This document shows, in pieces, positions 22,801-33,839 of a stretch of 64,000 bases of DNA. The translations under genes were made by a program, and so were the position numbers. Under the pieces are notes generated by a model. The model had not been told where the DNA came from. It worked only from the letters and a program-made list of their open reading frames with translations, and did no database searches. Source of the stretch: Pseudovirgaria hyperparasitica. Taxonomy: Eukaryota. The number at the start of each line of letters is the position of its first letter. The first letter of the stretch is position 1. Location: the NCBI GenBank assembly GCA_010093815.1, contig ML996574.1; one strand, given 5' to 3'.

Positions 22801-25675
22801 GTCGAGCAAACAACCGTCAAGACTCGAATAATGACAACCAATTGCCCGAGATACCAGCCACTGGGGGAGGTCTTGGCCTCGCCATCAAAGTCACAGCCCC
22901 TGATGAGCCTCTGCGCGTACCAATAAACTCACCTCCATCGATCCCGGGCCGACGGATGCCTCCCGTTGTTGATGGTGCGATGTACTCGCCTGCTACGCCG
23001 AGCATATACAGCCGCGAATCTCAAGCTGCAAATTTCTCCGTGATAGCAATGGATCCTGGACATGCTCTCGGCCAAGGTTCTAAACAAGACTTATCCATAC
23101 CGGGTGATTATGCTCTGCCTAGTGAGGGGGAGGCGCCATCGCCATCTAAGTCACCCTCAAAATCGTTTCGATCGGCCGCATCTGACAGACCGTCAACGTC
23201 CAGCGAAGAAAAGCGCTCGCCGGCCTACTACACGCCGGTTGTCACCATTGATAAAGAGACCCCAGAAGGCAAACGGCTCCTTAAGAGGCGCAACCTAATG
23301 CGCGAACTTTACGACACAGAAGACAGCTACCACCAAGATCTTGTCATCATGGTTGAGATCTATAGAGACAGCGCCGAGATGGTCATGACGGCGGAGGACA
23401 AAAAGGCCTTGTTCGCAAATTGTGAATATGTGCGCAGATTCTCTGCCGACATGAAAGACGCCATCAAGAGAGCCATTGAACCTGTGTACGTCCCCAAGGC
23501 CAGTAACAAGATATGGGGTCAGAACGAAAACGACATTGCGGAAGGAAACCCGGAAGTGATGCATCTGGACCCAGAACGCGATCGCAAGACAAGAGTTGGC
23601 CACTTCATGGATCGATCCTTGAATCAAATGGAGTCTGTATATGGTGAATACATAAAGAATCATGGAAGAGCCAACGAGCGTTTGCTTCAACTAACAACAG
23701 GCAAAGAATCCGGACCGAAGATGAAAACATGGATGGATGTCTGCATTGAACAGTCAAACGACCTAACACGCGCTTGGAACCTGGACGCCTTACTAGTCAA
23801 GCCGACACAGCGCATTTTGAAATACCCACTTATACTTGCAGGGCTCGTGGAATGCACAAATCCGGATCACCCTGACTATGACAAGCTCAAACAAGTCCAG
23901 AAGCAAATCATTGAAATTTCGACCCGCATCAATGAGAACACTAAACGTGAAGAGTTGATGACCCAGGTCAATCTGAAATATCAAAAAGCGCGCGACAAGC
24001 CGAATATGTCTACCGCCTTTGGACGAGCACTCGGCCGCCGCAAAGAGGTCCTTAGAGACCAAGTCGGCCTTGGAACTACCGTTGACGATCCTGTATATGA
24101 CGGCATCGCACAAAAATTCGGTGGCCATTTCTTCCAACTTCAGATTGTCATGAGGGATGTTGAAAAGCATATGGCAGAATTACAGACGTATATGGATACC
24201 GCCTGTGCCTTTGTCAATACTGTCACCGATTGGGCCGCTGTTGGCCACCTAGGAGATGTGCCCAGAGTCACTCATCCGGAGCTAGAGAGCAAATGGCGCA
24301 AGTATGCACAGGTTTACAAAGAGATCGCCCTTGTTGCATTACCTGAACATGTGAGTTCCTCTCCTCTATGGCCGCCTAGTGGGAAACAAAGAATACTGAT
24401 TAAGCACAGAAAGCTGTTGTCCAAAAGTCTGTCATCAAGCCTATCCAACAATTGTGGAAGCTGCACGACAACCCTCAGGTTATGATGTACAGGCGGAAAA
24501 AGAAGATGGGAGACTACTTACGTTACAAAGCTTTGAAAGATAAGGGAGAAAAAATGGACAAGAAGACGATCGAATCGGGGGAGCAATGGCTAGCTTTAAG
24601 CGACACTCTTAAGCTCGAACTTCCCAAGCTCTACAATCTCACCAAGAAACTCATCGAAAGCGTTCTCAAAAATTTGATTGATATACAGATCACCTGGCAG
24701 GTCATCTGGCACAAGAAGCTTAAGACTGCGATCTACGATGTTCGACCCACGGGTGACTTCAACCAAGACCTGATAAATCTAGAAAAAGAATTCAAGACCG
24801 ACTACAATCTTATGCCAAGCGAGGCCAACAAGCTTGCCATATGCAACCGAACCCTCGTCAACGAGATACCTAATTATCTGTCACCCATTCCAGGCATCAC
24901 GACGGACGACTTTGATACTGGACGTCGCACTGGAAGCCGCACTCAATCAATGAGCAGTGACAAGTCTGTCAACTCCATTATATGGTCTCCACCCATCGTT
25001 CCTGGTACGCAGCCTCACCATACTTCACAGGCTGCGAATGATCGCGTGGCTGCCCACAGTGGGCGCTATCAGCCATCTTCGTCTGCTACACAACTTCCCC
25101 ACTATCCTCCCCAGCTTGATGGCTCCGGTGAGTTATCTGCTCGCGCAAGGTATCGATCTAGTACTGGACAATCAAGTGGTTCCAACACACCACGTCTATC
25201 TCTCATGGAAGCTACAATCTTCCCGTCGTCTCGCCCGTCGACCTCCACGGCTCGCTCCGATCCTTCTTTGCTCCTACAAGGACGCCAAAGTCTCGAGACC
25301 GGCGACTACCGCCCACCGACTGGCTCTACTTATGACACTGCCAATCGATCCTCGAACGGCCGGTCCTCTTCTATATTCTCCTCTGCCATGCCCATGTCAG
25401 ATTCGCCCGCCCTCACTCGTGCTGATAGCCCAGATAGCTCCGATTCCAAAGATCCGGATGTTCTCTTCCTCGCTGCCAGCCTGTTTGAGTTTAATATTGC
25501 ACATGATCGTCGCGAAGGAGGCTATCCTTACCTGGTCTATGTCCCTGGGGAGGTCTTTGATGTTCTTGGTACCAAAGGTGAACTTTGGCTTGCCCGTAAC
25601 CAGGACGATGCAAGCAAGAAGATTGGCTGGATCTGGGAAAAACATTTTGCTCGAATTTTGCCTGAAACTATCTAG
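19899..25675 (+). CDS. RhoGEF (DH)-BAR-SH3 protein, dynamin-binding-protein/Tuba-like
   Basis: A long disordered N-terminus is followed by a DH domain (RELYDTEDSYHQDL ... LLVKPTQRILKYPL), a BAR-like helical region and a C-terminal SH3-like domain (FLAASLFEF...LWLA...GWIWEKHF). One intron, 24351-24409, joins the two ORFs in frame. First ATG is at 19899. Confidence 0.9.
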
Positions 25676-28013
25676 GCAACTCTGGATAAAGTGCGCTCGA
25701 TTCTACACCGAGATATCCGCCGCCACTGCTACGAATTTCATTCACTGTTTCTACTCGATTATTGCGCCGATACCACCGCCACGACTATTCCACGACCGTC
25801 CCGAACTTGTGTAATTGCCTCATCATGATCACGTTTACGGAGTTGGTGTCCAGAGTTGGGGAATACCGCGGAGAATTACCATTGTCTAAAAGCCTTTACT
25901 TTGTTTTAATCTTTGTCGATTTCGAACTGTTTCTCTGAAAGCTGCCTGATGGTCTGCATGATTTCAGGCCGCATCTGGATTGGATTCATACAGGCGATTA
26001 CAGAAGTGTTGCGACTGCATCGACTGCCCAGAAGGACGAGACGCCCCTAGTACCTTATGTATTGTAATTATTCCCCTAGTCTAAGGTTTGGCATGTCGCG
26101 CCATTACAGAGCGGGCAGGGTTTGCTATAGTTGCCACGCATGTTGGAAGAGAAAGAAGTATGTACTAGATACCATATCCGCAGCGAGGAACACAATGTTC
26201 AAATCTACATCTGGTATTTTGCATCGTGAAAACGCGGGCCCCTTCACGAATTGGTCCTCCATGGGTCACGCGTCTTACACTCTAGAAACCCCCCCAAATC
26301 AACACCCTCCCAAGACGGAGAAATCCGCGACCATGTCAAGACAGAATGGTCTAGAGTCTACAAGTTCAGATGCAGAGCCGACTCAAGGAACTTGCTCATA
26401 TTCACCGTACCACGCTCGTCTACATAGCTCGGCTACTAACCGGGCCAGGAGCGCCTCCTGCGCCGCATGCCACTGACTGATACACACACCGCCCGTGTCA
26501 TCATTATTGTTATTGTTATCATTATTCTTACCATCGCTGCTATACATACTCATCTCCCCATCCACCCAGCACCAATGCACTATTCAAAGAAACTCTAAGC
26601 CACGGCGCAGCAATGAACGTGTCAGAGCCGGAGAAGGCGTTGGGGAGACGTGGCGTACGCTAGTAAGAGGCGTGGTGAAGTTACAGAGAGGGTAGATCGG
26701 ATTGTAATTTGCTTGGGAATGAGGTGGGGGGGGGCTGGTATATTGTTTGTATATCGTGTCTATGGAATGAGGTTTGTGCGGTGGTGCTTTGTTGGTATGT
26801 GGTGTTGGGTGGGAGCACATGGCTTGGGCGTTGGGGAGGGAGGGGGTTGGAGATGATGGCGTATGTTGTTGTAGTTTGGACGGTAGGTGTATTGTGGCGT
26901 TTTGGGCTTGGGTGTGGCTTATTGCGTTTTTTGACGGCTGTGTGGTGGTTTCTGTAGTTGGTGGTGGGGAGAGGAGTCTGTGTTTTGAGAGGGTTTGTTG
27001 AGATGTTTGGTGCCACGGCGTTGGCTTTTGAAGTTTTTGGGATAGGTTGATGTGTATAGCATAGTATAGCTCTCTACTATGGATTGGTTGTATGTGAGAC
27101 TGCAGCTTCACATTTCCTCTTATTATGATGATGTAGTGCTATATAACCAAGACTACAGGTTTAAGTTCTTTCTACGCTTGAGCTACAAATGTTGCAACGG
27201 TGGACTTGGCGACGACGTCAAGTTGTGACGGTCAAATGATGCACTCGAGAGTATTGAGTAGGAGGGAGTTGACTTCAGGGGTGAGGGATCCAGCACAGAA
27301 TGCACATTCCTACCGGATATATTCATAAACAAGGGGTGTTGTTCTACATGCTGATGTTTATCTGCATGGTAACGAAACGTAATGCTAGTCCGACATCGCA
27401 CATTCCGCAATTACCAGATCTACGAGTATAACATGCATTCCTGAAGACATAAAGTCCATTCTTAAGGCTCCCTCGGTGTAAATTCTGCTTACAGGACGTG
27501 GCAATGACGGAACCTAGGATAGATATCCCTCACTGCTTTCTTGCAGACGACGAACCGAGGAGGCATATCTCAAATCATGCAGTCGTCAATATCTCCGTGG
27601 GTTCTTACGAAGCACATCCTTATGGCAGTCATGTTAATCACGAGAGCAGGTGCGATGGACAGTGGTTCATATGCACTGGGTTTATGAATAATATAAGTTA
27701 TATGGCAAATTAGACAATTTTCTTTTATGATTTGCGGTGAACCTGCGTTACATGCATTTGGTCTGCTCTCTTAACTTAGCAGTATTATGGCATTGTTCTC
27801 TCCATCGATGTTCTCTCGAAGGCTCAGGTCAAGAAACTATATCCGATCTACACTTCACACATCACAATTCCCAGTACAGGAGCATACTATTTACCAGTGA
27901 AGCTCGTAGTCGAGTACTATTCTGTGACTATTCGTAGCGAACACTCTGAAACGTATAAATTCAACATGAACTATATGATCACAGTGCCTACAACATCCAC
28001 TAGTTGACCCAGC

Positions 28014-29054
28014 CTACAAGCACGCCCTACTATCCTCATTCAAGCCCAAAAACGTCCTCAAAAGCACACACTCCCTCGCATCCCCAACCTCATCAACAAC
28101 CCTATCAATCCTCCCCTCATCAAACGCAAACCCAAACCAGAGCAAAACCCCCACATCCCGCGCAAGCCGCACCGCATCACGTAGCACCGCCTCCTCACAC
28201 CGCAGCACAGGCACGCTCTCACCAAGCAAGCCCCAGAACAGCCCTCTCAGCCTCTCCGCACCGCCAACATACACAAACGCGCCCGATCCCTCGTCGACCG
28301 CACCAAGCAGATACTCCAGTCCGTACAGACACATGCCAAACGGCAGATGCTCGCCTTCCGCCCAGTCCACCAGCCCACACAGCGCACCAGTCCGCGCATC
28401 AACCATGATGTTCGACGCGATCAGGTCGCCGTGGTTCAACACCACGGGCAACCGACTGAGCTCCTGGACGCGCGCTATGCAGCGCTTCGCTGCGTGGCGG
28501 AGGGTGAGGGTGGGTAGCTGGGCTGCGAGCTGCGTCAGGCGAGGCATGATGCTGGATCCGATCAGGCCGGTCTGGAGATGGGCTTGCGAGGTGAGCTGGG
28601 ATGTGGACGGCCAGGCGCTGGCGATGAAGTGTGCGAAGTGTGCGACTAGGGTTTCGCGGTGTTTGAGGGTCGGCGTGGAGCAGCTTAGGGGGGTGCCGGT
28701 GATGTGCTCCATCTCGTAGACGTACAGACGTGTTTTGCTGGCTGCGGCATGGTCGATGGGTACTGAGCCTATTTCTTTCACGGCGGGTGCGAGAGGGCCA
28801 TATGTATCTTTCGCGGCATCAGCGATGGCGATGTTGATGCGGAATGGTGGAGGCTTGAATTGTAGAATCTTGGACGCCTTCGTCGGCGACAGAGCGTCGA
28901 CGAGGATCAGTGTGTAGCTGCAGTAACCTTGTTTTTCGGGAAATTCTATCTGGTGATGTGGATAAAGCCCTATTGCGATTTGATGGCATCGCATTAGCAT
29001 GTCCGCAGGGAGACTATTCCTATCGAAGAAGGCACCATGGAGTTGCTCGACCAT
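28014..29054 (-). CDS. APH/choline-kinase-like phosphotransferase
   Basis: N-terminal QGYCSYT, Brenner motif HGDLIASNIMVD and GLVDWAE, typical of fungal APH-family proteins. First in-frame ATG is at 29054. Confidence 0.85.
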   Translation of the reverse strand: MVEQLHGAFFDRNSLPADMLMRCHQIAIGLYPHHQIEFPEKQGYCSYTLILVDALSPTKASKILQFKPPPFRINIAIADAAKDTYGPLAPAVKEIGSVPIDHAAASKTRLYVYEMEHITGTPLSCSTPTLKHRETLVAHFAHFIASAWPSTSQLTSQAHLQTGLIGSSIMPRLTQLAAQLPTLTLRHAAKRCIARVQELSRLPVVLNHGDLIASNIMVDARTGALCGLVDWAEGEHLPFGMCLYGLEYLLGAVDEGSGAFVYVGGAERLRGLFWGLLGESVPVLRCEEAVLRDAVRLARDVGVLLWFGFAFDEGRIDRVVDEVGDARECVLLRTFLGLNEDSRACL

Positions 29055-29562
29055 TGTATTAGGCAAAGCATACAGAGGACATCACTCCTAGAATATGCCA
29101 TAGTGGCGTGCCTAAGTATATGTGAAGCATCCCACGCACTCTCGAGACGACATCATGTTGGACGGCACTCGTGGCACACGGCATTTGTGAAGGTGACCGG
29201 TCTAACTGAGTGATTCGCTGATACTACTTGTGACTTCGCAGATGGCGTGTTGTAGCGGGGAAGCTTCAAGGTTGTGGTGTTGTATGGCTGAACGCACGTG
29301 CGGGGAAGCGTGGGATGGTACGTGTGGGACAATGTTGTCCAGGCTTAAACGCCTGTAGAGGAGCGAGAGCACTTCCATGTTGCTTTGTACTCAGATACAG
29401 TACAGATCTTGTGCTATCATATGTTTGAAGCGAAAACATAGGTTGACTTGAGTAGGTACGTCCGTCGAAGGTAAAACTAGTAAAGGATGTATCATTTCAC
29501 GGCTTTGGAATCCGATAACTCTCATGAGATACGCTCCAATGATGAACGCCACTTATGATCCA

Positions 29563-30975
29563 TCAAACATCCTTCTTTACGACGAAATGCTCAGGAGGAT
29601 GGTCCGTGTCATAGTCGACATGGACATACGCACGTTCAACATCAGGTAGACTCTCAAGCTTCTTTTGCAGATCTTCAGCAACATCATGAGTCCTCTTCAG
29701 GGTTTCTTCGGGTTCCATGACAATGTCTACCTCAACAATCAGGCGTGGTCCACTGTGGTATGCACGCACAGTATCGATGGCTCTGATTTCAGGAGAATGG
29801 GTCATGGAAATATACGTAATGTGCTGCAACATTGACGTATCTGCAGAAACCCCAATGAGTAATTGAAATTCACTCCAAGCGGTCCGCAGCCAGAGGCAGA
29901 TGATTAGGAGCGAGAGAATGATGGCACCCATTGGATCAATCCACCATCGAAGCTTGGATCCACCGACGGAAGTCAAGATACCAAAGCCATTAATGAACAA
30001 GTCATTGCGATGGTCCTCCCAGAGAATTCTGATCTGGGAGTATGTGTTCCGGAGCGCCCAGCAGTAGAAGAAGAGACCAAGTTTGGTGCAGAAGGCAACC
30101 GCGACAGCAATCACGGACGGAAGATGGAAGCCGTTGGTTGCTGTTTTGGAGCCCTCCACTAGCTCTCGTATGGACATGACGATAATTATAAGAGAGACTG
30201 ATACCATTAGAAAGCAGAAGAAGATGTTTCCGGCGGTCTCAATACGAGCCTTGCCAGATGGGAATTTGCGAGGGTCGACGCGTTTGACTGCGCGATTGCA
30301 GAGAATCAGAGTAACATTCGATAACGGATCAAACAAGGAGTCGGCCATGGTTGTAAAGAGCGAAAGCGAACCTGAAGAGGCAGCTCCGTAAAGCTGTAGA
30401 CCAGCTAGGACAACGTTCGCGACGAAAGACCCGGTGACTGCGATCTTGTATTGCAAGTGATTCTCCTCGTCACTCTTCCTGGCATCTTCAGTATGGTCCT
30501 CAACAGGCTTAAGCAGCCTGTCGATATTCTCATTCTGTGTCTCATAGAAGTCATGGATCTTTTGCGCCTTGCGGCCTCCTTTGCTTAGCGCTAGGGGTCC
30601 GATACTGATGCCATCACGCTTTTTGGATGTGTTCGCTCTGATAGCCGCAAGCTCCGAGTCTCCGACCTTCCGGCTTTCCAAGTTGAATGGATCATTGTGA
30701 GACGTGTACTGCGGTAGACTCTCTCTTTCGATGTCGCTTGCATAGGCATCATGTCGATGAGTGATGTGGCGCGCATTTACGTCCACTGACTTCTTGGACA
30801 CTGCGGAGGGTTCGATTGAAGTGCTTCCGCCACCTGGTAGCGTTACGATTTCAGCATGCGACTGAGACGACTGTGGAACATGGTGTGAGGAGGATGCGCG
30901 ATGTGGATGTGGATGGTGGTGGAAGGGACTGGGACGCATAGAAATAGCGTGCCGGAGATCTTGGTCGGAATTCAT
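29563..30975 (-). CDS. Cation diffusion facilitator (Mn-type, MTP8-11-like)
   Basis: 470-aa intronless ORF with FYETQNENI, ADSLFD (TM2 DxxxD), DHRND (TM5), TM helices and the C-terminal dimerisation domain ending VERAYVHVDY. Confidence 0.93.
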   Translation of the reverse strand: MNSDQDLRHAISMRPSPFHHHPHPHRASSSHHVPQSSQSHAEIVTLPGGGSTSIEPSAVSKKSVDVNARHITHRHDAYASDIERESLPQYTSHNDPFNLESRKVGDSELAAIRANTSKKRDGISIGPLALSKGGRKAQKIHDFYETQNENIDRLLKPVEDHTEDARKSDEENHLQYKIAVTGSFVANVVLAGLQLYGAASSGSLSLFTTMADSLFDPLSNVTLILCNRAVKRVDPRKFPSGKARIETAGNIFFCFLMVSVSLIIIVMSIRELVEGSKTATNGFHLPSVIAVAVAFCTKLGLFFYCWALRNTYSQIRILWEDHRNDLFINGFGILTSVGGSKLRWWIDPMGAIILSLLIICLWLRTAWSEFQLLIGVSADTSMLQHITYISMTHSPEIRAIDTVRAYHSGPRLIVEVDIVMEPEETLKRTHDVAEDLQKKLESLPDVERAYVHVDYDTDHPPEHFVVKKDV

Positions 30976-32351
30976 GACAGTGGTTGCGAGGATATGCCGC
31001 GCCTCGTCGCAAACAGCTGTCTTTCTCTATGAGGATTTCGAAGGATGAATTCACGGTAGACGTTGCGGTATGAAATAACAGAGGTCATGAAGGAATAAGG
31101 AAGTGTGCACATGTATAAAAGCTCACCACTGCCAAGACGGACCTCAACGCCGCTCATACACTGCCTGAATGGTTGGTGGTAGCGCGGGTCACTATCAATG
31201 CCCGGTCACCGGCTCCAACGAGACATCGCGCATTTTTCAGTGAAAAAACTCTCTTGTGAGGGTCTCGCAGGCGGGCTTTTCTTTCTTTCTAATGATATCT
31301 TTTCTATAGGAAAAAACCCCATCGAATCTGTATTTCGGGACCCTTCTACAATCATTTTGCGCAGATATTGCATTGGCATGAGGTTCGTGAGTCTAACCGC
31401 AAACGGAAAGTTTAGCCCCCAATGACGTTTTAATCTTATCAATCTGTGACTGATCTCGTGGGGTTAAGGGGCTTCCACGAGCTAAATGCTTTGGACTCAG
31501 GAGAACGACAAAATTCAACAGCCTTCGTCACCGTGATAGGTGATCAGGTCGATATGTGTATATGCTTACTCCTGGGTTCCCAAGTGGCAGGTTTTGTAAA
31601 AGTGTATTTCTCAGTCCATAGTGCCGAAGATCTGCAGTACATAGAATAACCCAAATCCTGGTTAACATTCCCGAGAGTACTGCAATCTGAAGCCCATTTC
31701 CAGTGCTTGGTGTTAATACTCTTATCCATTTCGCGGCCTCCTAATGTAGGTAGGCAGAATTATAGACTCTGCGTGGTAAGGCGGATTGGAGGAGAATATC
31801 GGTTTAGGCCCTATTGTGGTGACATCTACCTCGCAAGACTGGCGCCGTGAGACAACTAGGAAAAATACTCTGCTCCACGACCACGATCCCTGTACCAAGC
31901 TCAAGCGAAGTCATTTTTAGGGACCTCGCTTTCCCATGTGGCACACTCGGTAATGAGTTTCTTCAGCATCAGCTGCATGCGAATTCGCCTTGCCTAGGTC
32001 TTAGTACATGTGAACCGAACAAGGTATGGAGACTTTTGTAGCGACCTTTTCAAACTCCACACAGTCATCTGTATGCATGAGGTTATTTACTGCATGGTAT
32101 ACAACTCGCGTACGGCTTTGGTCCCTGTTTAAGCAATCTTTAGCGGGCTCCACTTCCCCCACACTGCGCCAAGCTTATACCTGAAGACGAGACCTGCAAA
32201 CGATTAGATGATGGCTGGCGTTGTTATTGTGGGTAGCAGATCCGGAGAAAGGGGAGGGTATGATGACGGCGTAGAAAAGTTGGAAAGTTGGAAAGCTAAG
32301 TTTTCGAGTATGCAACGACGTAGCTTTGAGATCTTGTGAACAACCAATCTA

Positions 32352-33557
32352 TCACACGTCCATCTCATCCCCAGCCACCCCTTGTTTCTTCCTCTCCTCC
32401 ATCCTCGTTCTTGTCTTCTTCTTGCTCTCTTCCACCCACTGATCATAAGTTCCCTCCTTGAGTTTCTGCCTCACTACACCCTTTAATAGTTCACCCGTGA
32501 AGCCAACGAAGTTATGCCTCCGCAGTGCGTTCTCCCACAGCCATTCAGTCCGCTTCTGCTCTTCCCTTTGAAGTTGTTCATGATCACCGATTTCTCTTGC
32601 GCGAATGCGCAGATCCCTACACATAGCCAGCAGGTTGAATCGGATCTCGTGTGCTGGATAACGTGCAATTCGTTTCTGTAGAACAGGGATGACGGCATCG
32701 GGAAAGGACGTGGTGGTACAAGGGCCGTGAGAAATGGGCGCAGGTTGTAGACCATCGAGCTCATAGAGAGTATTGTTGACGCAAGTATATGCTATGAAGT
32801 GGTAAACATCATCATCTTCGTTGGCTGTACGTTGGGTCTCATCGATGAAGGGCGAGGACCGAGCGAAAGAATTGTGAACGGTGCGAATCAACTCGGAGTT
32901 GGAAAGAGCTTCTCCACGAATCTGTTTACTGTCAGAATCCCCATCTCAGGCCTCGTCCGCATGATGTCTTGCCTCTGCAGGGAACATATTGGTAAACTCC
33001 TTGAACTCTTTCAGCTGAGGTCCTATGTCCAACTCATCGTCCTTATTCAGCAGCACTGATAGTAACGCTTGTGTACCACATGCATTCTGGATGGTTTGTG
33101 CAGCGAAGAACATGTTGTCGGCCGCATCGTGGTCGAGCGTGCCATCTCTGGTCGCTTTGGCCGCTGCGTCGCCAGTTGGGTATTTGAAGAGGAAAATTAC
33201 ACCATACAGAGGACTGAATTGCAGTCAGATTCAGGACCTAGATACATATGATGCTGCGTCTGGTAGCGCATCGGAAAACTTCCGCATACCTAAGCTGCTT
33301 TAACTCGTCTGGCTCTAGTGATATCAATTCCTCGAACTGTACATCCTTGGCTCCGAGGTTCTGAAGTAGGTAGGTGAAGACGCCCTACGTATTCACAAGA
33401 TCAGCGATAATATCAGACGACACGCCAAGTCGTGGACGACCAGATGAGAGTGATTTCAAGAGTGCCTATAAACGCATATTGATAGCAAAGCTTGGTGGGA
33501 GTGCATGGGTGGCGCACAAACCGCGTCTGATTCAATGGTATTCCAGCCTCCCGACAT
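32352..33557 (-). CDS. UCH37: Ubiquitin C-terminal hydrolase UCH37/UCHL5 (proteasome-associated)
   Basis: Exons 33557-33522, 33384-33290, 33213-32973 and 32921-32352. Motifs WNTIESD, QTIQNACGTQA (catalytic Cys), YHFIAY, ELDGL and C-terminal ENALRRHNF. The third intron is GC-AG. Confidence 0.95.
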
Positions 33558-33839
33558 GGCGAGGTATCGCTTCCCCTTGTCACTTGCTGGTGCTCTTCAA
33601 CCAGCAAATAGAGTTACGGTTAAGCTAGAGTATGGCGGTAATCGAATGGTGCAACGCGTCCACTGGTGTGTAGCTCTCGCCGTAAGCTTCAACCCATGAG
33701 ATCAGCTTGTAATTTTACCGGAGGAATGTCGGTCGGGAAGATTAGGTAAGAATCAGGGTCCATGGTGCAGTCGCGCCACGTCAACAGACGACCTTCGACC
33801 TCCGAGCACCCCCTCCCCCCCTCCCCTGCTTTTCTTTCC

